Shown here piece after piece: positions 1-10,122 of a DNA stretch of 64,000 nucleotides. The notes under the pieces were generated by a model. The model was not told the origin of the DNA, searched no databases, and was given only the letters and a program-made list of their open reading frames with translations. This DNA is from an uncultured Candidatus Saccharibacteria bacterium. Its GTDB lineage: Bacteria > Patescibacteriota > Saccharimonadia > Saccharimonadales > JAGQNK01. The stretch is from positions 296-64,295 of the forward strand of contig CAZWRS010000002.1 of the NCBI GenBank assembly GCA_964636435.1, in the 5' to 3' direction. Numbering within the stretch: the stretch's first letter is position 1; each line of letters starts with the position of its first letter. The translations under genes were made by a program, and so were the position numbers.

Positions 1-1
1 A

Positions 2-226
2 GTGGCTATACGGTTTCTACCAAGGCAGCGGACAGTAATTACTATTACGGACCCTGATGCTGGTAGAAACTACTACAAAGCTGGCGACAGCTTTTATGTA
101 GTATTTGGTGACGCTAAGAGGGTTCTGGACAAACGCAAGGATGATCGAGCGGCCGCCTGTAGGAACGAAAAGCCTGACTTTGCACAGCCTTTTGTGGATG
201 TAATGGCGTCCTTAGAGCGGCGCTAG
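2..226 (+). CDS. C-terminal fragment of an unidentified protein; the gene starts upstream of the window
   Basis: Open frame running in from the window edge to a stop at 226. No family recognised from the 74 aa. Confidence 0.3.
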   Translation: MAIRFLPRQRTVITITDPDAGRNYYKAGDSFYVVFGDAKRVLDKRKDDRAAACRNEKPDFAQPFVDVMASLERR

Positions 227-329
227 TATCATCACATAAAATGCCCTGGCCAGCTCAGGGTAATTTTTGTGCTTACTAACTGTTTTGAAGTACCGCGCGT
301 GCGTGCTGTTCGAAGTGGGGTGCCTCTCG

Positions 330-1556
330 TCAGTGACCAGCGACATGAGTAGCCAGGAAGTCGACGGTGTGGTCTTTCAGTGGTGCCTGCTCAAAGAACA
401 GATCATGGCCGTATCCCGGAAAGGTAACGGTGATGCACGGGTGTCCCATTTTATCTAGTCGGTCGCAGTCTGCGGCGTGATCGTTGGGCTGTCCAGCAAA
501 CCCCGTGTCATTATCGTAGCTTGCAAATAATGAAATCGGTCGATACGCGCTCGTGAACGTTTTGTAGCCATTAAAAGGTTCGGTGAATGCCAGATGATCC
601 ATGAGGATGCTAGAGGAGCCAACGACACCCCTCAGTCCCGGGATAGAGGGCATAGGGGAGAAGTGAGCCAGGGTATTACTGATTTGCCCCCCAGCTGACC
701 AGCCAGCTAGGCCGACACGGGTTGGGTCGATTTTGTAATAACTCTGATGAGCTTCGAGGTACTGGTAGGCTGCATAGATATCCTGGGCGCTCTCATAAAA
801 AATCGTTGTGTAGACGTCCATTGCCGGTTGGTCATCAGGGTTCATGACAGGGTTTTCGTGGTTATCGGGCGGCATCATGGTGTAGTCGATGGTGGCGGTT
901 ACGTAGCCCAGCCGGGCGTAGTACTCGGCTGCTGCTTCCTGCTGGTAGCGATCGCCGAGAACCCAGCCGCCACCGTACACAAAGATTAGCAGCGGCCGTT
1001 TCGCCGCTGTGTCCCCGACAGGCTGGTAGATATTTAGCTTGAGATCCTTGGGAGATTGTTCATTAAACCGGAGTGACTTAAAGCCATCCTGGTCGGTGAC
1101 AATTTGTGTTTCGAATGTCGACTCAAAGGTGAGATCTTTGTGTGATTGCACTGCATTAAAGACTGGGTTTCTGAAGCGACCAGCCGGGTGCAGCGGCTCA
1201 GGTTTGTTGTCAGGTGCTGGGCGAGGGTCTTCTTTTTTGCCGCCAGGTACTAGCTTTTTGATAGCGTCAATAACCTTCGTGATGAGATTACCGCTCGGCT
1301 TGTGCTGAGGCTCCGTATAGGCGGCAGGGGTGCTTGCTGGGGCGGCGCTTGTACTGTCGCTGGGCTGGCTGGCTGCTTGTGCATCCTGGTCGGTGACCAG
1401 GATGTCGGATGCGTTATTATCTGGAGTGGTGGCCGGGGTGGATTGCGGAGCGGGGGTTGATGATGGCTCCGAGGTCTGGTTGCGCAGCGAAAGGGCTAGC
1501 CCGGAGAGCCCAAGGCCTCCGATAGCAATGGCACATATGATGAGTATTTTTTTCAC
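330..1556 (-). CDS. Secreted alpha/beta-hydrolase (esterase/lipase, HGGG-type fold) with signal peptide/lipobox-like N-terminus and Ser/Thr/Pro-rich linker
   Basis: N-terminus MKKILIICAIAIGGLGLSGLA. VYGGGW (HGGG-like oxyanion motif) and GWSAGG (GxSxG nucleophile elbow). GTG start inferred at 1556. Confidence 0.7.
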   Translation of the reverse strand: MKKILIICAIAIGGLGLSGLALSLRNQTSEPSSTPAPQSTPATTPDNNASDILVTDQDAQAASQPSDSTSAAPASTPAAYTEPQHKPSGNLITKVIDAIKKLVPGGKKEDPRPAPDNKPEPLHPAGRFRNPVFNAVQSHKDLTFESTFETQIVTDQDGFKSLRFNEQSPKDLKLNIYQPVGDTAAKRPLLIFVYGGGWVLGDRYQQEAAAEYYARLGYVTATIDYTMMPPDNHENPVMNPDDQPAMDVYTTIFYESAQDIYAAYQYLEAHQSYYKIDPTRVGLAGWSAGGQISNTLAHFSPMPSIPGLRGVVGSSSILMDHLAFTEPFNGYKTFTSAYRPISLFASYDNDTGFAGQPNDHAADCDRLDKMGHPCITVTFPGYGHDLFFEQAPLKDHTVDFLATHVAGH

Positions 1557-1662
1557 TTTTTTGTTTGGATTTTTTACTTAAGTGGTCTATGCAAAGTATA
1601 GTGCATATGCTAACATAACGGAAACTACTTTAAAAAAAGAGAACAAAAGAGGGAAGACAAAA

Positions 1663-3150
1663 ATGAAAACCAGAAGTTTCGTGATGCCAAAAATATGGCT
1701 GTACGTATTAACGGCAACTGTGCTCACTTTGAGCATAGCTACTGCCCCTATGACAGCCAGTGCGGCGGTATCGATTAGTATCGATAGCCCAGTTGCGGGC
1801 CAGAGTGTAGCTGGTGGGCCAGTTCAGATTGCCGGTACCGCTACAGCTGGACGGACGGTTGTGGTGTACAAAGGGGCGAGGCCGCTAGCCATGACGAGGG
1901 CTGACGGGTCAGGGCAGTGGCGTGTCGACGTGGCCAGCCTCGGTAACGGATCACATACATTGACCGCTAAGGTTATCGGTAATGATGGTTATGGCTATTT
2001 CAGCTCCACAAACGGCGCTTCGAGCGCCATGAACAGGCTGCGTTTGTCCGATAATGTTCTTAACCCCGGTGGCGATTGGCCAGTTGCGACGAGTGGTGCC
2101 CGGCTAGTGCCAACAGCTGTATCATCAGGATCTACGGTCGACTATCACTATATGCCAGGAGGCGCGGCTGCGCTGCCAGGTAAGTTTGACAAGAGTAATC
2201 CTGCTGATTTTGCTGACGTGAGCGGGTACCCTGCCAGTCCTGGTTTGTCGGGTGGTGGCTTTAGTCTGGATGGCACAAAGTGGTACGGCGTTAACAGCGC
2301 CCTTGATAACGTGTCAGTCGTTGATGTTGCGACCAACACCCAGGTAGGCACTATTGCGGTCGGTGGCACTCCTCAAACAGGTATCTTGGGGTCTGACGGA
2401 AGGTTTTATGTTGGCAACACCGATGACTCAACCATATCAGTTATTGATACCAATACTGACACGGTCGTGGCCACCCATACTATTACGGGGTGTGTTACGC
2501 CTGGCAGTCTCGGCTTTATGGCTTTCCCTAGTGGTGAGGACTATTTCTACGTCGCCTGTGCTCAAGATGGTCTTATTCTGAAGCTGCGTTTACAGGATGG
2601 CTCAGTGCTGGACACGTTAGACATTAGCGCGACGCATGGGATGATTAGCTCTATGTTCCTCTCGCCGGATAGCAAGACGCTGTACGTCTCTGGGATGCTT
2701 ATGGAAGCAAACGGCAACAAGGTGGCTATCGTAGACGCCGCAACAGGCACAGTTAATAAGTCCGTCACGCTTTCCGGTGCGGCTATTGCTAGCAGCCTAA
2801 CACCAGATGGGCAGTATCTCTATGCAGCGACGCAAGGCGCTGGCTTCGATATGGAGAATATAGACGTCATTAGCACTGCTACTGGTGATATCGTCACCTC
2901 AATTGACACAACTAGCACAGGTCTCGCTGGCGTGGTTTCGTTCGATGAGCCAAGTACTGCCACTAGTGACGTAACCTTCACATTGGGTGCGGCAGCAGAT
3001 GGCGGGACAGATTCAGTGGTTAAAGACGGCGAGCTGGCAGCAACGGGCGTCAATCAGCGAATACTGATGCTAGGAGCTGCAGCGGTACTGGGCCTCACCC
3101 TGGTGGTTGCTCGCATCAGAAAAGTAATTCACTACCGTTTAAGCGCGTAG
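1663..3150 (+). CDS. Secreted surface protein: N-terminal Ig-like domain plus YVTN-type beta-propeller repeats, with C-terminal LAATG sortase-type sorting signal
   Basis: ATG at 1663 preceded by GGGAAG RBS. Signal peptide MKTRSFVMPKIWLYVLTATVLTLSIATAPMTASA. Repeats of type YVGNTDDSTISVIDTNT, LYVSGM, LYAATQG. C-terminus LAATG + hydrophobic stretch + RIRK tail. Confidence 0.6.
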   Translation: MKTRSFVMPKIWLYVLTATVLTLSIATAPMTASAAVSISIDSPVAGQSVAGGPVQIAGTATAGRTVVVYKGARPLAMTRADGSGQWRVDVASLGNGSHTLTAKVIGNDGYGYFSSTNGASSAMNRLRLSDNVLNPGGDWPVATSGARLVPTAVSSGSTVDYHYMPGGAAALPGKFDKSNPADFADVSGYPASPGLSGGGFSLDGTKWYGVNSALDNVSVVDVATNTQVGTIAVGGTPQTGILGSDGRFYVGNTDDSTISVIDTNTDTVVATHTITGCVTPGSLGFMAFPSGEDYFYVACAQDGLILKLRLQDGSVLDTLDISATHGMISSMFLSPDSKTLYVSGMLMEANGNKVAIVDAATGTVNKSVTLSGAAIASSLTPDGQYLYAATQGAGFDMENIDVISTATGDIVTSIDTTSTGLAGVVSFDEPSTATSDVTFTLGAAADGGTDSVVKDGELAATGVNQRILMLGAAAVLGLTLVVARIRKVIHYRLSA

Positions 3151-3231
3151 GTACTACCAGCAGGAGCCAGGCTACCATCTCGCTTGGCTCTTGCTATTAA
3201 AAAGCACAAGCAGTTACACTAGTAGCAGACT

Positions 3232-4674
3232 ATGAGCAAGACAACCGATAGGGCGCCAAATGTGCCAGTTACCAAATTCAAACGGACGAAGATTATCGCC
3301 ACAATTGGTCCGTCGACGATGCAGTACAGTTACGTGCTGCGCCTGATCAAGGCTGGTGCGAATGGTATTCGGCTGAACTTCAGCCATGGCAGCCAGCAGG
3401 AGAAGGCTGAACAGATCAAATGGATTCGTAAAGCGAGCCAGGAGTACGGTAAGCCGGTCGCTATCATTCAGGACCTGCAAGGGCCGAAGATTCGCCTAGG
3501 TGATTTCGACGGTATAGTTAACGTCCGATCTGGCCAAAGCTTACGGTTTAAATTTAACGCTAATTACGAGCAGTCTGGTTTTATTCCGACCCAGTATGAC
3601 TTGAGCAAGAAGGTCAAGCGGGGGGAGCGTCTGTATTTATATGACGGCAAGGTCCGGACGACCATTGTCAGCGTAATTGATGGTGTCGTGCATGCACGGG
3701 CGGAAAACAACGGTATACTTATCAAGCGCAAAGGCATGAATTTGCCGGACACTGACTTTGGTGGCGATGTGATCACGGAGAAAGACAAGAAGGATATAGC
3801 CTTTGGTGCCGAGCACGATATTGATTGGGTGGCGATGAGCTTTGTTCAGACGGCTGATGACGTACGCGTGCTGCGCCGCATGCTGCGAAACCTCGGTAGC
3901 GATGCCAAAATTATGGCGAAAATCGAAACCAAGGCAGCTGTTGAGAATCTGGAGGACATTATCCAGGAGGCTGATGGTGTGATGGTTGCGCGCGGTGATT
4001 TGGCGGTTGAGACTCTGCCAGAATCGGTACCGATCGTCCAGCGCAAAGCAATTGGCCTGGGACTGAAGTACGCCAAGCCATCCGTCGTTGCGACGCAAAT
4101 GCTCGCGAGTATGACTGAGATGCCGGAGCCGACGCGAGCGGAAGTTTCTGATGTGGCGACCGCCGTCATTGTTGGCGCGGATGGTGTGATGCTGAGTGAT
4201 GAAACGGCAAATGGCCAGTACCCTATCGAAGCAGTCAAGGTCATGAAAGAGATCATTCTCTATACGCAAGAGAACATGCCAGTTATCGCTCTGTTTCCGG
4301 AAGGTGACGATAAGACCATAACCCGCCAGGAGGCAATCTGTACGGCAATAATACGACTGGCTGAGGATGTTCAGGCAAAGGCTATCGTCGCTGAAACCAA
4401 GTCGGGTGCAACGGCGCTACAGATTTCTGCCCGGCGACCGGACCGCCCGGTTATCGCCGTGACATCTGAAACACGCGTGGCCCAGCAATTAGCGCTCAGC
4501 TATGGGACCAAGAGTTACGTGCGCCCGGATAGTAGGTATGCCGCCACCAAGCTCACCGACTGGCTGCTGAAGACAAAGGTGTTACATGTGGGTGATATGG
4601 TAGTGTCAGCATCTGGCCAGTATCCTGGTGTGGTCGGTACGACAGACACCATCAAGGTTCGAATTCTGGAATAG
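3232..4674 (+). CDS. pyk: Pyruvate kinase
   Basis: N-terminal KIIATIGPST motif region and overall PK architecture, 480 aa. Confidence 0.9.
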   Translation: MSKTTDRAPNVPVTKFKRTKIIATIGPSTMQYSYVLRLIKAGANGIRLNFSHGSQQEKAEQIKWIRKASQEYGKPVAIIQDLQGPKIRLGDFDGIVNVRSGQSLRFKFNANYEQSGFIPTQYDLSKKVKRGERLYLYDGKVRTTIVSVIDGVVHARAENNGILIKRKGMNLPDTDFGGDVITEKDKKDIAFGAEHDIDWVAMSFVQTADDVRVLRRMLRNLGSDAKIMAKIETKAAVENLEDIIQEADGVMVARGDLAVETLPESVPIVQRKAIGLGLKYAKPSVVATQMLASMTEMPEPTRAEVSDVATAVIVGADGVMLSDETANGQYPIEAVKVMKEIILYTQENMPVIALFPEGDDKTITRQEAICTAIIRLAEDVQAKAIVAETKSGATALQISARRPDRPVIAVTSETRVAQQLALSYGTKSYVRPDSRYAATKLTDWLLKTKVLHVGDMVVSASGQYPGVVGTTDTIKVRILE

Positions 4675-4705
4675 AGAAAACCAACGAGGGGCAAACAAAA
4701 ACCAT

Positions 4706-5992
4706 ATGAGCTTACGCAAAAAGACCATCCGTGATATTGACCTGCAGGGCAAGTCAGTGCTGGTACGGGTCGACTATAACGTGCCATTCGAGCACGGTAA
4801 AATCAGCGATGATTACCGGATTAAGAAGTCGCTACCAACCATTCAGTACTTGTTGCAACAAAAGTGCAAAATCATCCTCTGTTCACACCTGGGCCGCCCT
4901 AAGTCCCCAACCGACAAGAACGCATCGCTACAGCCATGCGCTGAGCGCTTAGGCGCGCTGCTGGACCAGCGAGTGCGCTTTAGCGAGGACTGTATCGGGC
5001 CCAAGGCACAAGCAGCGGCGAAAGAACTCAAAGCAGGTGAAATTCTGCTGCTTGAGAACTTACGCTATCACGAAGCGGAAGAGGCAAATGATGACACGTT
5101 TGCCCAGGAGCTGGCTAGTCTCGCGGAGGTCTTCGTGCAGGAGGCATTCGGTGTGGTGCACCGCGTCCATGCTTCGACCGACGCTATAACCAGGCACCTA
5201 CCGAGCGTTGCTGGCTTGTTGGTTGAAAAAGAGGTGACTACCATTACTGAGGTTATCAAGAACCCTGAGCGACCACTTATGGCTATCATTGGCGGTTCCA
5301 AAATTTCGGACAAGATTCATATCCTGGAGCGCTTCGTCGATATCGCTGACTTCGTAGCAGTTGGCGGCGCGATGTCTAATACCTTCCTCTTAGCCGCCGG
5401 TATTGAAGTTGGTAAGAGCTTGGCTGAAAAGGATGAAATTGACCTGGCTGACGATATCATTGAAAAGGCGCACGCCAAGTCCAAAAAACAGCCGTTCACC
5501 TTCTACATTCCCCAAGACGGTGTGGTGGCAAAAAAGATCGACAGCCACACGAAGACGCGTATCGTTGACTGGGATGCCCACGTTATCGCCAGTATCCAGA
5601 ATTACCCGAAGCGTCCGCCGCGAGATTCTGGTCAGGTTGACGATGATGAGATGATTTTGGATATCGGGCCATTTTCCGGGGCGTTTATCGCCGGCGGCAT
5701 GCAGCTGGCGAAGACAGTCGTGTGGAACGGGACGATGGGCGTAACAGAAACTGATGGACTGCAAGGGCCAGTGGGGCCGTTCGCGCACGGTACGGATATG
5801 ATTGTTGACGCTATGCTCGGCGAATACGGCCACAAGCCGTTCACGGTTGTGGGCGGCGGCGACACGGTTGGCTACCTGGAAGAGCGTATGCTGGTCGATA
5901 ATTTCGGGCACGTCTCAACAGGGGGTGGTGCCAGCATGGAACTGATGAGCGGCAAGCAATTGCCGGGTGTCGAGGCATTACTTGATAAATAG
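4706..5992 (+). CDS. pgk: Phosphoglycerate kinase
   Basis: Start chosen at MSLRKKTIRD after the pyk stop. VLVRVDYNVP and GGGAS motifs. The ORF track's longer N-extension at 4628 overlaps pyk. Confidence 0.9.
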   Translation: MSLRKKTIRDIDLQGKSVLVRVDYNVPFEHGKISDDYRIKKSLPTIQYLLQQKCKIILCSHLGRPKSPTDKNASLQPCAERLGALLDQRVRFSEDCIGPKAQAAAKELKAGEILLLENLRYHEAEEANDDTFAQELASLAEVFVQEAFGVVHRVHASTDAITRHLPSVAGLLVEKEVTTITEVIKNPERPLMAIIGGSKISDKIHILERFVDIADFVAVGGAMSNTFLLAAGIEVGKSLAEKDEIDLADDIIEKAHAKSKKQPFTFYIPQDGVVAKKIDSHTKTRIVDWDAHVIASIQNYPKRPPRDSGQVDDDEMILDIGPFSGAFIAGGMQLAKTVVWNGTMGVTETDGLQGPVGPFAHGTDMIVDAMLGEYGHKPFTVVGGGDTVGYLEERMLVDNFGHVSTGGGASMELMSGKQLPGVEALLDK

Positions 5993-6029
5993 TGGTATAC
6001 TACACAACAGATAATAAAGCATAAATAGT

Positions 6030-6827
6030 ATGGCAAGCACACAAAAAAGAACACTCGTTGTCGGCAACTGGAAACTGCACCTTAATACTTCTCAGGCCAG
6101 CTTGCTGCTCCACCGTCTGCAGGAGCGTATCAAGATTTACCGTGATATAGAGGTCGTGCTAGCACCAAGTATGCTGGTGTTACAGCCCCTGAGCTTGCAG
6201 ATTGATCGCCGCAAGTTCCGCTTGGCTGCCCAAAATGCCTTTCATAAAGACACCGGAGCCTACACCGGCGAAGTGAGCTTTGCCATGCTGCAGGATCTGG
6301 TGCACTACACTATCATCGGTCACTCCGAGCGCCGCATCCACTTTAGTGAATCATTGGAGATGGTCCGCGAGAAGGTGGCCTCGGCGATACGAAACGGCAT
6401 CTCACCCATCCTGTGTGTGGGCGAAACGATCGAAGAAAAGCGGGCTGGCGAGACCAACCAGGTACTGCACGACCAGATTACGACGGCACTGGCTAATTTG
6501 ACGTCGACTGATATGAAAAAAGTCGTGATCGCGTATGAGCCAGTCTGGGCAATCAGTACCTTCGGCGGCGAGCTGGCAAAGCCGGACGAAGTCAAGAAGC
6601 GCATGGATTTCATCCGTCGACAGGTTGCAGATCTATACGGCAAGCGGGCGTCCGAGCGTGTACGCGTACTGTACGGTGGCAGCATTGACCACGACATCGC
6701 GGCGGGCTATCTGTCTATCGACGGCTGCGATGGTGTATTGGTCGGTGGTGCCAGCACCAACTACCAGAAGTTCGCAGGCATCGTTGATGTGGCCTACAGA
6801 TTACGTTATAAGGACGGAGAAGACTAA
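6030..6827 (+). CDS. tpiA: Triosephosphate isomerase
   Basis: VVGNWKLH N-terminus; GHSERR and VLYGGS motifs. Confidence 0.9.
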   Translation: MASTQKRTLVVGNWKLHLNTSQASLLLHRLQERIKIYRDIEVVLAPSMLVLQPLSLQIDRRKFRLAAQNAFHKDTGAYTGEVSFAMLQDLVHYTIIGHSERRIHFSESLEMVREKVASAIRNGISPILCVGETIEEKRAGETNQVLHDQITTALANLTSTDMKKVVIAYEPVWAISTFGGELAKPDEVKKRMDFIRRQVADLYGKRASERVRVLYGGSIDHDIAAGYLSIDGCDGVLVGGASTNYQKFAGIVDVAYRLRYKDGED

Positions 6828-7915
6828 TGGCCGAAAAACCCAAAACACCTAAGAAGTCCAGGATGATTGATGTGGCCCAGCCTGGCCGGTCGGCGCCCAG
6901 TGCCTCGTCCCGCCCGGTTATTGTTGGCAACAAGCCAACGGTGCAGGATCCGATGGTTAATGATAAGCAGAACGTGCAAGCTGGCGAGCAGCCGGTTGCT
7001 GTCAGGCGAAGCGCCCCTCAGGTCATCGCACCGCTCTCTGACGCAGAAAAAAGAGCCGCTGAGAATGATACCGATACCTCGACCAATGCAGACCAGGCTG
7101 AGCAAACGCCAGTAGAAGCGCCACCGGTACCGGCGACTGAACCAGCCAGCGAGCAGCCGGGAAGTTCGGATGGGGGTGGTAGCGCATCCGGCTCGGGCAG
7201 CGATAAGAATTCAGGTGGCAAAAGCTCATCAATTGTTGATGCAGTGGTTGACCAGGCTTCCAAGAATAAGGATAAAAAGGGCGACAAGAAGCAGGCGGAG
7301 CTAGAAAAGCGCCAGGCCGAGGTCGAGAAGTTAATTGAAGAAAAGAAGTACTTCGTCCAAACCTCTCAGGTTGCTAAAAAGCAGCGTAAGACCCGCTGGG
7401 CAGCCCTGTTGCTTGTGATTTTGCTGCTTGTCGGTGCGTACCTCGCCATTGACGCACAAGTTATAAAGAACGATATTCAGCTGCCGTATGAATTTTTCAA
7501 GGAAGAAGAACGAGCCACGCCAGCACCACTTCCCGTATCTGGCGATAATGACAATGCCCAGAAGGCAGAATCTACAGATGAAGAGTCTAAAGAGCCAGCT
7601 AATGGCCAAGATGCGGAATCTGTAGACGGACAGATGCCAGCCCAAATAAGCGCTCGCGATACGGAACGAAAGATCGAGCTCAAGAATCTGCAGCAAAAAC
7701 TCGAAGCCTATTTCAATGATCGCGGCGCGTATCCGACCGGCGCAGGTTGGGCAACGTCAATTAACGCAACGAATGATGAAATCACCGGGCCACGAGGTGA
7801 TGCCTACACGTACGAGTCGGATGGGCGATCATTTACGCTGAGGGCGCAATTGGAGAATGCGAGCGATCCCGATGCCGCGGATGGCTTTTACGTTATCAAT
7901 TCTCTGAACGAATAA
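6827..7915 (+). CDS. Bitopic membrane protein: long disordered acidic/basic cytoplasmic N-region, one TM, and a C-terminal pilin/pseudopilin-like globular domain
   Basis: Start overlaps the tpiA stop (TAATG). TM RWAALLLVILLLVGAYLAI. C-terminal KIELKNLQQKLEAYFNDRGAYPTG resembles the conserved helix-to-globular junction of type IV pilins/GspG, but there is no prepilin G|F cleavage motif. Confidence 0.5.
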   Translation: MAEKPKTPKKSRMIDVAQPGRSAPSASSRPVIVGNKPTVQDPMVNDKQNVQAGEQPVAVRRSAPQVIAPLSDAEKRAAENDTDTSTNADQAEQTPVEAPPVPATEPASEQPGSSDGGGSASGSGSDKNSGGKSSSIVDAVVDQASKNKDKKGDKKQAELEKRQAEVEKLIEEKKYFVQTSQVAKKQRKTRWAALLLVILLLVGAYLAIDAQVIKNDIQLPYEFFKEEERATPAPLPVSGDNDNAQKAESTDEESKEPANGQDAESVDGQMPAQISARDTERKIELKNLQQKLEAYFNDRGAYPTGAGWATSINATNDEITGPRGDAYTYESDGRSFTLRAQLENASDPDAADGFYVINSLNE

Positions 7916-7953
7916 TCACAACGGCGTTAGCTTCATAAAATTGCTACAATGGG

Positions 7954-10122
7954 ATGATGCAACATGATCTCTTGGTGGGTTTGAATACGGAGCAGCAGCG
8001 GGCGGTGGAGTGCACCGAGGGGCCGCTGCTTATTCTGGCTGGCGCTGGTTCTGGCAAGACGAAGACGCTCACGCACCGCATTGCGTACATCATTGCGACC
8101 GGGAAGGCCACACCCTATAACATTCTAGCGGTGACGTTTACCAACAAGGCCGCCCGGGAAATGCGTGAGCGCGTCGCACAGCTGCTCGGCCAGAGTGCTG
8201 ATAACCGTTCATTCATGCCCTTTATGGGGACGTTCCACTCTATCTGCGTACGACTGCTGCGGCAGGATGGGGAGCATATCGGCATCCCGAAGAACTTCGT
8301 GATTTTTGACGAGGCAGACCGCCTGGCGGCTGTGAAGCAGGCTTGCAAAACGGCCATGATTGATGAGAAGAGCTACCCGCCGCGAACACTGGCGAGCATT
8401 ATCAGCAACGCTAAGAATGAATTATTAACGCCGCAGGATTACTTAGGGGTGGCTAGCGGTCCGACGCAGCGTGCGGCGGCGCAAATTTTCCCACTGTATC
8501 AAAAAACACTCAAAGACAACAACGCACTGGACTTCGATGATTTGATTTCCCGCACCGTCAACTTGCTGCAAGCGCAGACGACAATCCGCCGCAAGTGGCA
8601 GGAGCAATTCAAGTACATCATGATTGATGAATACCAGGACACCAATGCTGCGCAGTACAAGCTCGTGAAATTATTGACAAACATTAATAATAATATTGTA
8701 GTAGTAGGCGATGATTTCCAGTCGATATATTCATGGAGGGGCGCAGATTTCCGCAATATTCTGAACTTTGAAAAAGACTATCCCAATGCAACTATTATCA
8801 AGCTGGAGCAGAACTACAGAAGTACGCAAGCTATCCTGAACGCAGCTCATCAGGTTATTACTAAGAATAAAGAAAGATCAGATAAGAAGCTCTGGACAGA
8901 CAACGGGGCTGGAAGCCCAGTGAGTGTATTGCAGGTCGCCAACGAGCGTGCTGAAGGCGAAGCCATAACCAGGCGGGTTAAGAACGCGGTGGATGCTCGG
9001 TTCCGAAACTACCGTGACTTTGCGGTACTGTATCGGACCAATGCCCAATCACGCAGCATTGAAGAGACATTCATTCGTTACGGTGTGCCGTATCGCATCG
9101 TGGGCGGTCAGCGCTTCTATGACCGTAAGGAAATTAAAGATGTCATGGCGTATTTACGCCTTATTTACCAACCCGAGGACCGGATAAGTTTTGAGCGGAT
9201 TGTAAACGTGCCGACGCGCGGTATCGGTGCCAAGTCGGTGCAGAACTTCTTTACCTGGAAGGACGCGAATAATCTGGGCCTGCAGCAGGCACTGGAAACG
9301 GTGCGTGATCACCCGAACTTGACCGGCAAGGCCCGGAAGGGTCTGCAGGAGCTGGGGGACATGCTACAGTCTCTGCGCGAGCTATCGACGGATACTCCGC
9401 TGCCAGCGTTGCTCGATAGCCTGCTGCGGCGGATCGACTACTTTGCCTACATTGACGATGGCACGCCGCAGGGCGAATCACGTGCCGAGAACGTGCGAGA
9501 ATTGGTGAGCGTCACCCAAAGTTACCAGGGCCTGGGATTGGATGGCTTCCTGGAGGAGATGGCCCTGATCAGCGACATCGACTCAGCTGAATTCAGCAAC
9601 AATGCCGTAACACTCATGACGATTCATGCTGCCAAAGGCCTAGAGTTCCCGGTGGTATTTATGATCGGCATGGAGGAAACGATTTTCCCGCACTCCCGTG
9701 CCCTGTACGATCAGGCGGAGATGGAGGAGGAGCGTCGGTTGTGCTACGTGGCGATGACCCGTGCCCGCGAAGAGCTCTACATGAGCTACGCAACCTCACG
9801 CATGCTTTATGGCGGTGTGCAGCACAACCCGCCGTCGCGCTTCTTGAGCGAATTTGACTCCCAACTACAGACCGACAGCATCAGCCTGGGTGGCGGGATG
9901 TGGCAGAATATCTTTGAACAGGAAAGCTATGACGACTTGCCGACCACGGTAGTCGATGAGCCGCAATATGTACCCGAGCTACATGAAGGCGACACCGTAA
10001 AGCACGATGTGTTTGGCCAGGGGACGGTCATGGAAGTCGATGGCGATAATGTCGTAGTGTACTTTAAGGGAAAGGGCGCCAAGAAGCTGAACGTGTCGTT
10101 TGCGCCCCTGCAAAAGTTATGA
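7954..10122 (+). CDS. uvrD: ATP-dependent DNA helicase UvrD/PcrA (SF1)
   Basis: LNTEQQRAV, Walker A AGAGSGKT, and TIHAAKGLEF motif V/VI region. Confidence 0.9.
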   Translation: MMQHDLLVGLNTEQQRAVECTEGPLLILAGAGSGKTKTLTHRIAYIIATGKATPYNILAVTFTNKAAREMRERVAQLLGQSADNRSFMPFMGTFHSICVRLLRQDGEHIGIPKNFVIFDEADRLAAVKQACKTAMIDEKSYPPRTLASIISNAKNELLTPQDYLGVASGPTQRAAAQIFPLYQKTLKDNNALDFDDLISRTVNLLQAQTTIRRKWQEQFKYIMIDEYQDTNAAQYKLVKLLTNINNNIVVVGDDFQSIYSWRGADFRNILNFEKDYPNATIIKLEQNYRSTQAILNAAHQVITKNKERSDKKLWTDNGAGSPVSVLQVANERAEGEAITRRVKNAVDARFRNYRDFAVLYRTNAQSRSIEETFIRYGVPYRIVGGQRFYDRKEIKDVMAYLRLIYQPEDRISFERIVNVPTRGIGAKSVQNFFTWKDANNLGLQQALETVRDHPNLTGKARKGLQELGDMLQSLRELSTDTPLPALLDSLLRRIDYFAYIDDGTPQGESRAENVRELVSVTQSYQGLGLDGFLEEMALISDIDSAEFSNNAVTLMTIHAAKGLEFPVVFMIGMEETIFPHSRALYDQAEMEEERRLCYVAMTRAREELYMSYATSRMLYGGVQHNPPSRFLSEFDSQLQTDSISLGGGMWQNIFEQESYDDLPTTVVDEPQYVPELHEGDTVKHDVFGQGTVMEVDGDNVVVYFKGKGAKKLNVSFAPLQKL

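Noticed and set aside
3637-4269. Minus-strand ORFs inside pyk (also 3846-4256)
   Set aside because: They lie fully within a well-supported pyruvate kinase gene; antisense frames in GC-rich coding DNA.
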